Shown here one piece after another: positions 1 through 8,427 of a stretch of DNA of 46,757 nt. Position 1 is the first letter of the stretch; each line of letters begins with the position of its first letter. Location of the stretch: positions 1-46,757 of the forward strand of contig JBGQCU010000002.1 of NCBI GenBank assembly GCA_041495495.1. Direction: 5' to 3'. This DNA comes from Candidatus Limnocylindria bacterium. GTDB lineage: Bacteria; Chloroflexota; Limnocylindria; QHBO01. Position numbers and translations under genes: made by a program. The notes beneath the pieces were generated by a model that worked only from the letters and a program-made list of their open reading frames with translations, was not told the origin of the DNA and searched no databases.

Positions 1-380
1 CAGATGCAGGCCATCTGGCGCGGCGGCTTCTCCTGGTGGCGCGGATGGCCATGCAGGCTAACCGATGCCGGCGGCGCACCGGGATCAAGGCCCAGCAGGC
101 GGGCGAGATTCGGATCTGGCCGCTCGATCCGGAGCCGCGCGGCGCGGATGGCATAGGGCGTGGCAACGACTCCGTGGAGGCGGGCGGCCCGTGCCTCCCA
201 GCCGCCGTCGGCGGCCCAGGCCCAGATGAGCGTCGCGTCGTCGAGCTGCGGCAGGTCGTCGTCGACGATCAGCAGCTCATCGAGCGCCACGCGGCGCAGC
301 GGCTCTACCTGCAGCACCTCCCCCGGCGGGGCGGTGAGCCGATCCCAGGCGGGCAGCTCGGCCAGCGGCCAGTCGGTCAC
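1..380 (-). CDS. hypothetical protein, N-terminal part only (gene runs off the window start)
   Basis: Minus-strand frame stays open from GTG at 380-378 to the window edge. It is absent from the ORF track because there is no stop. The GTG overlaps the TGA of the upstream flavin reductase (GTGA at 377-380). Third codon positions are mostly G/C. Translation begins VTDWPLAELPAWDRLTAPPGEVLQVEPL; no family recognised. Confidence 0.45.
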   Translation of the reverse strand, partial: MTDWPLAELPAWDRLTAPPGEVLQVEPLRRVALDELLIVDDDLPQLDDATLIWAWAADGGWEARAARLHGVVATPYAIRAARLRIERPDPNLARLLGLDPGAPPASVSLHGHPRHQEKPPRQMACI

Positions 381-877
381 GCGGGGTCCGCAGCGATGTG
401 CCGGTAGCGCGATCCGAACCAGAGGAGCGGCTCTCCGGCCTCCTCGTACCCCGCCGCCACGATCTCCCCGATGAATATGGTGTGGGTGCCCGCCGCATGC
501 GACTCGCTCAGCCGGCAGTCGAAGTAGGCGATCGCGCCGTCCAGGATCGGCGAGCCGGTCTCCGCCTCGTGCCAGGCCGCGTCGCAGAAGCGCTGCAGCT
601 TGGCGGCGGTGGTGGGCAGGGCGAAGCACTCGGCGATCGCCTGCTGCTCCGCGCTGAGCACGCTCACCGCGAACGAGTGGCTGCCGACGATGGCGACGTG
701 GGTCTCGCTGCGGCGGTTGATGCTGGCCAGCAGCAGCGGCGGGTCGAGGCTGATGGACGCGATCGCGTTGGCGGTCATCCCGGCCAGCAGTGGCCCGTGC
801 CGCGCGGCGACCACCGTCACGCCGGTTGCGAAGCGGCCCATCATCGCCCGCAGCCACGGGCCGCGATCTTCCTCCAT
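377..877 (-). CDS. flavin reductase family protein (FMN-binding split-barrel, HpaC-like)
   Basis: 166 aa ORF. Motifs FATGVTVVAA, GMTANAIASISLDPPLLLASI and SHSFAVSVL are typical of NAD(P)H:flavin reductase domain proteins. Confidence 0.85.
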   Translation of the reverse strand: MEEDRGPWLRAMMGRFATGVTVVAARHGPLLAGMTANAIASISLDPPLLLASINRRSETHVAIVGSHSFAVSVLSAEQQAIAECFALPTTAAKLQRFCDAAWHEAETGSPILDGAIAYFDCRLSESHAAGTHTIFIGEIVAAGYEEAGEPLLWFGSRYRHIAADPA

Positions 878-881
878 CGGC

Positions 882-1175
882 TCAGCGATAGCGCTCCAGG
901 CGCTCGACGATGGCGTTGGCGACCGCCCAGTCCTCGGCGCTCGGCTGCTGGCCGCGATGCAGGTGCACGAGCGGGACCGAGTTCCAGGACGGCCCGTCGA
1001 CCTGGGGAATGTGGGTCACCAGGTCGCCACGGTCCAGGATCGCCACGATGGTTGCCCCGCGCTGCCCGCCGCGCTCCAGCGCTCGCTCGAGCGAGCGGGC
1101 GAACTCCTCTGGCGGGCCGAACTCCTGGCCGATGCGCATCGCGATCAGGCCCGAGCTGGGCGGCATCAGGGCCAT
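882..1175 (-). CDS. small hypothetical protein (97 aa, or 94 aa from ATG 1166)
   Basis: ORF sits between neighbours with a 4-nt gap downstream and an overlap with the upstream stop (TGATG at 1164-1168). High GC3. No recognised family. Confidence 0.5.
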   Translation of the reverse strand: MALMPPSSGLIAMRIGQEFGPPEEFARSLERALERGGQRGATIVAILDRGDLVTHIPQVDGPSWNSVPLVHLHRGQQPSAEDWAVANAIVERLERYR

Positions 1176-1543
1176 CCCAGCGCCCCGAACAGCCAGCTGA
1201 AGAAGGTGACGCTGCCGAGCACCGCGAAGCCGACCACCGCGATGACCAGCACGAAGCCGATGGCGTTGGCCCAGGCCGGCACACGGGACGCTGCAGGAGC
1301 GATCGCGCCCTGCGACAGCCAGATGGCCATGGCGTCGCCGTCGACGCGCAGCTCGACCTCGTCGTCGAGCGGCACGATCACCACCCGCTGCCGCTCCGCG
1401 GTGCCCGCCTCGGCGGTGATCAGGGCTCGCGGCTGCTCGTCCTCACGCACCAGCACCGCGTGGTTGCCGATCGCGTTGGTCAGCGGCTGCGCCTCCAGGC
1501 GCCCGCTCGAACCGAGCGGCATGGGTGCCGGCGAACCCTCCAT
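1166..1543 (-). CDS. hypothetical tail-anchored membrane protein (about 125 aa)
   Basis: Track ORF 1166..1642 overlaps the upstream LLM gene. The internal ATG at 1543 (MEGSPAPMPLG) lies 19 nt after the LLM stop. A soluble beta-rich N-terminal part is followed by one C-terminal hydrophobic helix (IGFVLVIAVVGFAVLGSVTFFSWLFGALG). Confidence 0.5.
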   Translation of the reverse strand: MEGSPAPMPLGSSGRLEAQPLTNAIGNHAVLVREDEQPRALITAEAGTAERQRVVIVPLDDEVELRVDGDAMAIWLSQGAIAPAASRVPAWANAIGFVLVIAVVGFAVLGSVTFFSWLFGALGWP

Positions 1544-1562
1544 GGGGCGAGGATAGCAGCCG

Positions 1563-2486
1563 TCAGGCGTCGAGCAGGGCGAGGGCCGGGGCGAGGGCGG
1601 CGATGGTTTCGACCGTGATCGGGTCGAGCACCAGCTGGACATGGCCGACCCCCTCCGCGGCGAAGGCGCGCAGGGTCGCGGCCAGGGTGGCGGGGTCGCC
1701 GCTGATCGGCTTCACGTCGGGCCTGGTCAGGTCGCCGAGCGAGCGCCCGAGGGCTCCCGGGAAGGCCACGAACAGGGCCAACGTGCGCTCCACCTGCGCC
1801 GGATCGCGTCCCGCCGCGCGGCACGCCGCATCGACGGCATCTCGCAGCGATCGATAACCGTCCACGCTGTTGCCGAACCAGGTGAACCAGGCGTTCCAGG
1901 CCTGGACATGCGGCAGGGTGATGGAGAGCATCCGCTCGCCCATGGAGCCGACCATCAGGGTCGGCCCCTCGCCGTGCGCGTGCCGCGGCCCGCGTGGCAG
2001 CAGCTCGCAGTCGTCGAGGTCGTAGTACGTCCCGTGGAAGTCGCAGCGGCCGTCGACCAAGAGGCTGCGCACGATGGTGAATGCCTCCTCGAATCGGCTG
2101 ACCCGATGGTCGAACGGGAAGCCGTAGGCGTGGTACTCGGCCTCGTTCCAGCCGGCGCCCAGGCCCAGGATCAGGCGCCCGCCACTGATCTCGTCGAGCG
2201 TGGCCGCCTGCTTGGCCAGCAACGCGGGGTTGTGAAAACTGGTCGCCGCGACCAGCGGCCCGATCTCGACCCGCTCGGTCACCGCCGCGATGGCCGCCAG
2301 CGTGGTCCACGCCTCCCACGGCGCGCGGGGCGGCAGCCCGTCGCCGCGGTAGAGCAGATGGTCGCCGACCCAGATTGAGTCGAGCCCGATCCCCTCTGCG
2401 GTGCGACACATCGCCTCCAGCTGCGGCCAGCGCGCGACCCACTCGACCTCGGGCAGCTGGACCCCCACCTTCAACGGCCTGCTCAT
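1563..2486 (-). CDS. LLM-class F420-dependent oxidoreductase (luciferase-like monooxygenase family)
   Basis: 307 aa. MSRPLKVGVQLPEVE, GLDSIWVGDHLLYR and ILGLGAGWNEAEYHAYGFPFDHRVSRFEE are typical of the family. Confidence 0.9.
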   Translation of the reverse strand: MSRPLKVGVQLPEVEWVARWPQLEAMCRTAEGIGLDSIWVGDHLLYRGDGLPPRAPWEAWTTLAAIAAVTERVEIGPLVAATSFHNPALLAKQAATLDEISGGRLILGLGAGWNEAEYHAYGFPFDHRVSRFEEAFTIVRSLLVDGRCDFHGTYYDLDDCELLPRGPRHAHGEGPTLMVGSMGERMLSITLPHVQAWNAWFTWFGNSVDGYRSLRDAVDAACRAAGRDPAQVERTLALFVAFPGALGRSLGDLTRPDVKPISGDPATLAATLRAFAAEGVGHVQLVLDPITVETIAALAPALALLDA

Positions 2487-2493
2487 CGGTCGC

Positions 2494-4527
2494 TCAGGCG
2501 ACGCGCTTGCGCTTCTTGCTGACGTAATCGACCAGGACGTACTCGCCCAGGTGCTCCGGCTCGACGTAGAAGGCGCGGCCCCGGTTGATGCGGCTCATCA
2601 GGTCGACGAACTCGGACAGGTAGCGGGAACGCTCGAGCATGAAGGTGTTGATGACGATCCCCTCGCGGGTGGCGCGCCCCACTTCGCGGAGGGTCGACTG
2701 CATGGTGCGCATGGTCGGCGGATAGGCGAACTCGACCTGGCCGTTGGCGATGTGCGCGGTCGGCTCGCCATCGGTGATGACCACGATCTCCTTGTTTCCC
2801 CCGCTCCGTCGGCCAAGCAGCTGCCGCGCGATGATCAGCGCGTGCTGCAGGTTGGTGCCGTATTCGAACTCGTAGGGCGAGAGGGTGGCGATCGCCTCGG
2901 GCTTGATCTGGCGCGCGTAGTAGGCGAAGCCGACCACGTACAGCCGATCCCGCGGGTACTTGGTGTGGATCAGGGTGTGGAGCGCCATGGCTACCCGCTT
3001 GGCGGCGGTTGAGCAGCCGCGCAGCAGCATCGATCGGCTCATGTCCAGCAGCAGCACGGTGGAGCTGACCGTCGTCTCCTCGGACCGATGCACCTCGAAG
3101 TCGTCCGCCGCGATGCGCACCGGCGTACCGGGCCCGTTCCGGGCCATGGCGTTGAAGAGGGTGCGGTTGAGGTCCACTGCGAAGGGGTCACCGTGCTCGA
3201 ACGGCTTCGTCTCGTCGGTCTGCTCACCGCCGTGCCCCGACGAGGGCAGCGCGTGGCCGCCCAGCGACTCACGCCGAAGGCGGCTGAAGATGTCGGTCAG
3301 GGCCCGCATCCCGAGCTTGCGAGCGGCGCGCGGGGTGAGTGCCAGCTGGTCGTCGCCGCGCTCGAGGTAGCCCGCCTCCTCGAGGGCGCGGGTCAGTGCC
3401 TGCAGCTGCTCCAGGTCCCCGGTCGCCTCGTCGCCGCCCAGGTCCTTGAGCGCGTCGGCATCGATCTGCTCGAGGGCGTCGGGGTCACGAGCCGCCAGCA
3501 GCTCCTCCTCCATGGCGTCGAAGCGCTGCTGGCGATCGATCGCGGCCAGCGCCTCCGGCAGTCCGAGCGGCTCGTCGCCGCTGAACGGGTATGGCTCGCC
3601 GAAGGGCTGGTCGGGGCGCAGCGCCTGCAGCGTGCCGGCCAGGCGGGCCATGTCCCAGCGCAGCCGGTCGTCGCGCAGCAGCTCGTCCATCATCCCCTGC
3701 AGCTCGGCGCGCATCTCGGGGCTGGCCGATGCCATCAGCGAGGCCATCTGCGAGGCCTGCCGGTGCAGGTGGTCGATCAGCTGGTCGACCGTCTCGATGC
3801 CGGGAGGAAAGAGATGTCCGTGGCGCGCCATGAAACCGGCGAAGTCGGAGCGGGTATCGGCGCCCGAAGCGTGCTTCTCGAGCAACCGGTTGAGGTCGCG
3901 GACCATGGCGCGCACCCCGTCGAGGTCCTCCGGGGAGATGCCGGCAACCCCCTCCTTGAGCCCCTGGAAGTAGGTCTGCAGGAGCTGCTGGCGCAACTGG
4001 TCGGTAAGGGCGTTGAAGGCGTCGCGGGCGCCATCATCCATGAACTCGTAGTCGCGCAGCCCGGCCAGCCGTCCCGCCAGGTCGGGGGGCAGGGCATCCA
4101 GTCGCTCCTGGCGAGCCTGCGCCGTTCGACGCAGGATCTGCTCCCCCATGCGGGCCTGGTCCTGGGCGGGGCCCGGTGGCGCGTCGAGGGCCCGCTGCTC
4201 AGCCTCGTGCAGCCGCCGCTCGATCCCGGCCCGCTCCTGCTGGACGATCTGCTCCAGCCGCGCGGCGACATCGTCGAGCATGCCGTCCAGGTGTGCCCGC
4301 GACAGCTCCTCGGCGCGCCGGGCGCGGAGCTGCTCGACGATCCGCCGCAGGCCTGGGACGTCGCCCCCGCGCGTGCCGCGCATCCCGCGCTGCATGAGCC
4401 GCTGCAGCGCTCGGCGAATATCGCCCTCGGCCAGGATGTCGTCGGCCAGGGCGTCCAGGACGTCATCGGCGTCGAACGGCGGCAGGCTCTGGCTGCCGTC
4501 CCAGCGCGCGTAGCGGTACAGGCTCAT
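2494..4527 (-). CDS. von Willebrand factor type A domain protein (COG4867-like, long acidic helical N-terminal region)
   Basis: 677 aa. N-terminus MSLYRYARWDGSQ. The C-terminal vWA domain has an intact MIDAS (LLLDMSRSM ... VVITDGEPT). It follows the AAA+ gene after a 30-nt gap. Confidence 0.9.
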   Translation of the reverse strand: MSLYRYARWDGSQSLPPFDADDVLDALADDILAEGDIRRALQRLMQRGMRGTRGGDVPGLRRIVEQLRARRAEELSRAHLDGMLDDVAARLEQIVQQERAGIERRLHEAEQRALDAPPGPAQDQARMGEQILRRTAQARQERLDALPPDLAGRLAGLRDYEFMDDGARDAFNALTDQLRQQLLQTYFQGLKEGVAGISPEDLDGVRAMVRDLNRLLEKHASGADTRSDFAGFMARHGHLFPPGIETVDQLIDHLHRQASQMASLMASASPEMRAELQGMMDELLRDDRLRWDMARLAGTLQALRPDQPFGEPYPFSGDEPLGLPEALAAIDRQQRFDAMEEELLAARDPDALEQIDADALKDLGGDEATGDLEQLQALTRALEEAGYLERGDDQLALTPRAARKLGMRALTDIFSRLRRESLGGHALPSSGHGGEQTDETKPFEHGDPFAVDLNRTLFNAMARNGPGTPVRIAADDFEVHRSEETTVSSTVLLLDMSRSMLLRGCSTAAKRVAMALHTLIHTKYPRDRLYVVGFAYYARQIKPEAIATLSPYEFEYGTNLQHALIIARQLLGRRSGGNKEIVVITDGEPTAHIANGQVEFAYPPTMRTMQSTLREVGRATREGIVINTFMLERSRYLSEFVDLMSRINRGRAFYVEPEHLGEYVLVDYVSKKRKRVA

Positions 4528-4557
4528 CGCCGCCTGCGGGGAGCGCGGAGGCCGAGG

Positions 4558-5973
4558 CTAGCGCGCGTAGCGGACGGCGCCGCCGCGGCGCTCCTTGTTG
4601 AGCCGCCGGTTGAGGTGCAGCCCCTCGAGCACGAACTCCACGCCACTGGCCACGCCGGCCGGCGATTCTCCGACGTCCAATCCGCCCACCGCCCGCGACA
4701 GCTCCGGAAGCTCCGCGACCAGGTGCTGGAGGGACTCGGAGGGTACGAGCTCCCCAACCTCGACCTCCGTGCCGGCCTCGAAGCGCTCGACCAGGCCGAC
4801 CAGCTCGGAGAGCGAGAAGTGGCGGTTGAAGACATTGACCACGGCCCGCTGCACGAGCTTCTCGATGACCTTCTCCTCGCGCGTCTCGTCGCCGAGCGTC
4901 TCCAGCTCGATCTTGCCGGCGGTTGACGCGACCACCGCGCCGAGGTCGCTGACGCGAGGCGCCGCCACGGGCTCGCCGAGCCGCACGGCGCGCTTGAGCG
5001 CCGCCGCCACCAGCGTCTCGTGGTTGGCGATCGTCACGCGAACGCTCACGCCGGAGCGCTGGCTCACCTCGGAGGAGCGGCGCGCCAGCTGCGACAGCTC
5101 GGCCACGATCTCCTTCATGAAGGACGGCACCTGGACCGGGACCGATGCGGCCGTCTCGTCATCGAAGGCCAGCCACTCGGCCTCCATGATCGCGATCTCG
5201 GTCTCGGGATCCTCGGGGTAGTGCGTGCGGATCTGCGCTCCGAATCGGTCCTTGAGCGGCGTGATGATGCGGCCGCGGCTGGTGTAGTCCTCCGGGTTCG
5301 CAGACGCCACCACGAACAGGTCCAGGTTGAGCCGGACCTTGTAGCCGCGGATCTGGACGTCGCGCTCCTCCATCAGGTTGAGCAGGCCGACCTGGATCCG
5401 CTCGGCCAGGTCCGGCAGCTCGTTGAGCGCGAAGATGCCGCGGTTGGTGCGCGGCAGGAGGCCGTAGTGGATCGTCAACTCGTCGGAGAGGTAGCGGCCC
5501 TCGGCCACCTTGACCGGGTCCACTTCGCCCACCAGGTCGGCGATGGTGATGTCGGGCGTGGCCAGCTTCTCGCCGTACCGATCCTCGCGCGCGACCCAGG
5601 TGATCGGCGTGGCGTCGCCCTGCTCCGCCACCAGCGCGCGGGCGAAGGGGCTCACCGGGTGCGTCGGATCGTCGTGCAGCTCCGCGCCGGCGACCGCCGG
5701 CACCCACGCGTCGAGCAGCCCGACCAGCGAACGGGCGATCCTGCTCTTGGCCTGGCCGCGCTCGCCGAGCAGGATGATGTCCTGCCCCGCCAGGATCGCG
5801 TTCTCGACCTGGGGGATCACCGTCTGGTCATATCCGATGATGCCCGGCAGCAGCGACTCCCCGCGCCGCAGGCGGTCAACCAGGTTGGCCCGCATCTCCT
5901 CCTTGACGCTGCGCGGCCGGTAGCCGGCGGCGCGCAGCTCGCCCAGGGTGGCGATGGTCGGGCGGTCGATCAT
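4558..5973 (-). CDS. AAA+ ATPase, Mg-chelatase ChlI / sigma54-interaction-domain-like family
   Basis: 471 aa. Walker A-like LLGERGQAKS, Walker B-like GIFALNELPDL, and LLNLMEERDVQIRGY ... ASANPEDYTSRGRIITPLKDRF. Its ATG overlaps the upstream stop (ATGA at 5970-5973). Confidence 0.9.
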   Translation of the reverse strand: MIDRPTIATLGELRAAGYRPRSVKEEMRANLVDRLRRGESLLPGIIGYDQTVIPQVENAILAGQDIILLGERGQAKSRIARSLVGLLDAWVPAVAGAELHDDPTHPVSPFARALVAEQGDATPITWVAREDRYGEKLATPDITIADLVGEVDPVKVAEGRYLSDELTIHYGLLPRTNRGIFALNELPDLAERIQVGLLNLMEERDVQIRGYKVRLNLDLFVVASANPEDYTSRGRIITPLKDRFGAQIRTHYPEDPETEIAIMEAEWLAFDDETAASVPVQVPSFMKEIVAELSQLARRSSEVSQRSGVSVRVTIANHETLVAAALKRAVRLGEPVAAPRVSDLGAVVASTAGKIELETLGDETREEKVIEKLVQRAVVNVFNRHFSLSELVGLVERFEAGTEVEVGELVPSESLQHLVAELPELSRAVGGLDVGESPAGVASGVEFVLEGLHLNRRLNKERRGGAVRYAR

Positions 5974-6956
5974 GCGATGGCTCCTTCGGGTAGGGCAGGG
6001 TACTCGACCACGGCCCCGGCCACCGCCGCGGGCTCGCAGATGCCACGCTCGAGGAGCGCCGCGAGAAAGGCGGAGCGATGCGCCAGCTCCGATTCCAGCG
6101 CCTCGGCGCTCAGGCCGAGCGACGCCGCCAGGAGGGCATAGGCATCGGGGTCGTGGATCAGCGGCCGGCCAGATCGTCCGCCGTCCCCGGCGAGCATCGG
6201 CGGCACCGGCTCGCGCTGCGCCCCCGTCAGGCTCGGCGAGCGGTCGCCGGCGATCGCGGCCAGGCGCACCGGCACCAGCGCCCCGTCAGCATCGGCGCGC
6301 AGGTGCCACGCCTCCTCGACGCGCCGATACATCCCCGCCGGGGTGCGGTAAGCGGAGTACTGCAGGTAGATCGTCAGGCCGGCCAGGTCGGCGTCGGTCG
6401 CGCCCAGCTGTTCGCGGAAGAGGACAAGGGCCTCTTCCAGCGAGTCGGCGTGCATGGTCGCTCCCATGCCGTAGCCGCGCCCGGCGAGCTGCAGGGCGCC
6501 GCGCGCGTTGCGGCCCCAGACGTAGATCGGCAGGTGATCGCTCATCTCGTTGACGAGCAGGTAGCCGCGCTCCGGCTCGATCTCATCGGTCCAGGCGTAA
6601 TCGCCCCGCCAGCCGCGCAGGAAGACACCGACCGTGCCGGCCGGCAGGAAGTCGACGAGCGCCGAGAGCGTGGTCGTCTTGCCGGCCATCGGCGCCTCGG
6701 AGGCGAGCATCACGCTGCGCCGCCGGCTGACGACCGCCCACAGGGTCGCCATCAGCCGCGCGTCCAGGCTGCCGCTCTCCACGATCTCGACCGCGCTCAT
6801 CGGCTGCGGCAGGCTCCAGTGGTAGCCCCACCAGCCCTCGGGGAAGCGGCCGAACCAGGCGTCGAGGCTGGCATCCGGCTCGGGGTCCATGGTGGCGGCC
6901 ACGGTACGCGGGGCGAACCCGCGACGCAACCGAGCGGATCGGTCGGCGAAACGCAT
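5970..6956 (-). CDS. divergent P-loop protein resembling the ATPase core of type II/IV secretion ATPases (VirB11/CpaF/GspE-like), start uncertain (6956 or 6890)
   Basis: Track ORF 5970..7358 is over-extended. In-frame ATGs at 6956 (MRFADRS) and 6890 (MDPEPD) were verified in sequence. Motifs: IVESGSLDARLMATLWAVV, MLASEAPMAGKTTTLSALVDFLP (Walker A-like), YLLVNEMSD (Walker B-like) and GATMHADSLEEAL (His-box-like). Confidence 0.6.
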   Translation of the reverse strand: MRFADRSARLRRGFAPRTVAATMDPEPDASLDAWFGRFPEGWWGYHWSLPQPMSAVEIVESGSLDARLMATLWAVVSRRRSVMLASEAPMAGKTTTLSALVDFLPAGTVGVFLRGWRGDYAWTDEIEPERGYLLVNEMSDHLPIYVWGRNARGALQLAGRGYGMGATMHADSLEEALVLFREQLGATDADLAGLTIYLQYSAYRTPAGMYRRVEEAWHLRADADGALVPVRLAAIAGDRSPSLTGAQREPVPPMLAGDGGRSGRPLIHDPDAYALLAASLGLSAEALESELAHRSAFLAALLERGICEPAAVAGAVVEYPALPEGAIA

Positions 6957-7109
6957 CCGCGGCGCGACGTACAGGACGCGCGTGGGACTTTCGTACCGGC
7001 CCAATGCGGCCTGAGGGCGTGGACTCCACGCACCACCTTGGCGGTTAGGTGCGGTGCGGTGTGGTTGCGGGTGGTGGCGAAGAGCCGGCGGCTGTAGGTC
7101 AATGGGGAC

Positions 7110-7796
7110 GTGACCCGCTCGACCCCGGACCTCGACGCCGCTGAGAACGACGGCGAGTCCTACCGTGCCTTCTCCATCGCGATCGACCGGATGCGGAATC
7201 GCGAGCAGGCGGTCGCCCTCATCAACCCGGAGGCGCGGCGACCCGAGCCGGCGGCCTCCAACGACTGGCTGAGCGCGCGGCTCTCGATCGGAGCGCTGCC
7301 CCAGGTGCTGCTGCCGCACTGCGACGAGCGGTGCGCCGAGGCGACCCATGACGCCCACGCCTTCCTGGTGCTCGCCGACCTGGCGCTCGACGCCACCCAG
7401 CCGCGTCGCTCGGCCTGGTGGGAGTCGTGGAACGACACGCTGCAGCGGGACCTGCGGGCCGTGCGGGTCTGGTACGCGGGCTCACCGCTCCTGCCCGACA
7501 CACCCGCGGCGCGGCAGCTGCGAGCAGGTACGCGGCTGGTACGGGTGACCTCAACCGATCCGTACTGGGTCCATTACGACACGATGTACCAGGAGACCCT
7601 GTACCGCATCGAATCAGGCCGTTACGAGGGGGACGCGCTCATCGCCGCGTCGTTCGGCCTCTCGCCGCTGCTCCCCGGCCTGGCCGGCGCGCTGATCGCC
7701 CCCGACCATCCGCCCGTCCGCGACCCCGAGGTCGCGATCCGGCTGCTCGCCGCAGGGTGGGCGGCGGTGGAGCGCGGCCTACCCTTCGAGGGCTAG
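7110..7796 (+). CDS. hypothetical protein (228 aa)
   Basis: GTG start. Uniformly high GC3 through the frame. No recognised domain. A GNAT gene follows 13 nt later. Confidence 0.6.
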   Translation: MTRSTPDLDAAENDGESYRAFSIAIDRMRNREQAVALINPEARRPEPAASNDWLSARLSIGALPQVLLPHCDERCAEATHDAHAFLVLADLALDATQPRRSAWWESWNDTLQRDLRAVRVWYAGSPLLPDTPAARQLRAGTRLVRVTSTDPYWVHYDTMYQETLYRIESGRYEGDALIAASFGLSPLLPGLAGALIAPDHPPVRDPEVAIRLLAAGWAAVERGLPFEG

Positions 7797-7809
7797 CCCG
7801 CTCGCTATC

Positions 7810-8427
7810 ATGCGGCCGATGGCCGATTCCGACGCCGCCGAGACTCCCCCGCCCCGTCCGATGATCCGCGGTGAGCGGATCTGGCTGCGCCCCACCGAGC
7901 CGTCGGACGTCGTCAACGACTCCGCCTATGCCGGCGACGCCGAGGTCGGGCACTTCCTGGGTGCCAAGTCGCCCATGTCGCGTGCTGCCGCGGAGCGCTT
8001 CAGCACGATGATCTTCTCCCAGGCCGGCGAGACCGGCTACGGCTATTCCATCTGCCTGCTCGGCACCGAGCAGAGCATCGGCACCGTCTTCCTGCGCGAC
8101 GTCGACAAGGTCAACGGCAGCGGGGTGGTCGGCATCTTCCTGGGCGATCGGCGCTACCTCGGCCAGGGATACGGAACCGATGCGCTCAACGCCCTGGTCG
8201 ACTTCGGGTTCGGAGAGCTGCGGCTGGAACGGATCGAGCTTGAGGTGTTCGACTACAACGCGCGCGCCATCCGCTCCTACGTCAAGGCCGGCTTCCAGAC
8301 CGATGCGGTCCTGCGCCACTCGCGCTTCCACCGCGGCGCGTACCACGACGTGCAGATCATGTCGATCCTGCGCGACGACTGGCTGGCGCTGCCGCGCAAG
8401 CGCAGCTGGGAGCTGACCGGACCCTAG
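7810..8427 (+). CDS. GNAT family N-acetyltransferase (RimJ/RimL-like)
   Basis: 205 aa. GERIWLRPTEPSD and LGDRRYLGQGYGTDALNALVDFGFGELRLERIELEVFDYNARAIRSYVKAGF. The start could instead be ATG 7861. Confidence 0.85.
   Translation: MRPMADSDAAETPPPRPMIRGERIWLRPTEPSDVVNDSAYAGDAEVGHFLGAKSPMSRAAAERFSTMIFSQAGETGYGYSICLLGTEQSIGTVFLRDVDKVNGSGVVGIFLGDRRYLGQGYGTDALNALVDFGFGELRLERIELEVFDYNARAIRSYVKAGFQTDAVLRHSRFHRGAYHDVQIMSILRDDWLALPRKRSWELTGP

Noticed and set aside
3088-4926. A 612-aa plus-strand ORF antisense to the vWA and AAA+ genes. Similar long antisense or out-of-frame ORFs occur at 11192-12349, 14057-15580, 15674-17227, 25237-27900, 38057-39415 and 42977-44524.
   Set aside because: These ORFs span several independently recognisable genes or lie exactly antisense to them. 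Their translations are Arg/Ala/Gly/Pro-rich low-complexity strings with no motifs. Stop-poor alternative frames are expected in a genome that is about 70 percent GC.
5970-6956. Reading the secretion-ATPase-like gene as evidence of a pilus, Tad or type IV secretion locus.
   Set aside because: There are no pilin, prepilin peptidase, TadB/C platform, secretin or coupling-protein genes anywhere in the window. The protein also lacks the N-terminal domain and has deviant Walker motifs.
5970-7358. Long N-terminal extensions in the supplied ORF track. Examples are 5970-7358, 12804-14183, 19264-20688, 23383-24519, 28649-29896, 30258-31997 and 34330-35910.
   Set aside because: The extensions overlap neighbouring genes or intergenic promoters, and their residues are low-complexity. 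Homology-consistent N-termini begin at internal ATG, GTG or TTG codons that sit at start-stop overlaps.
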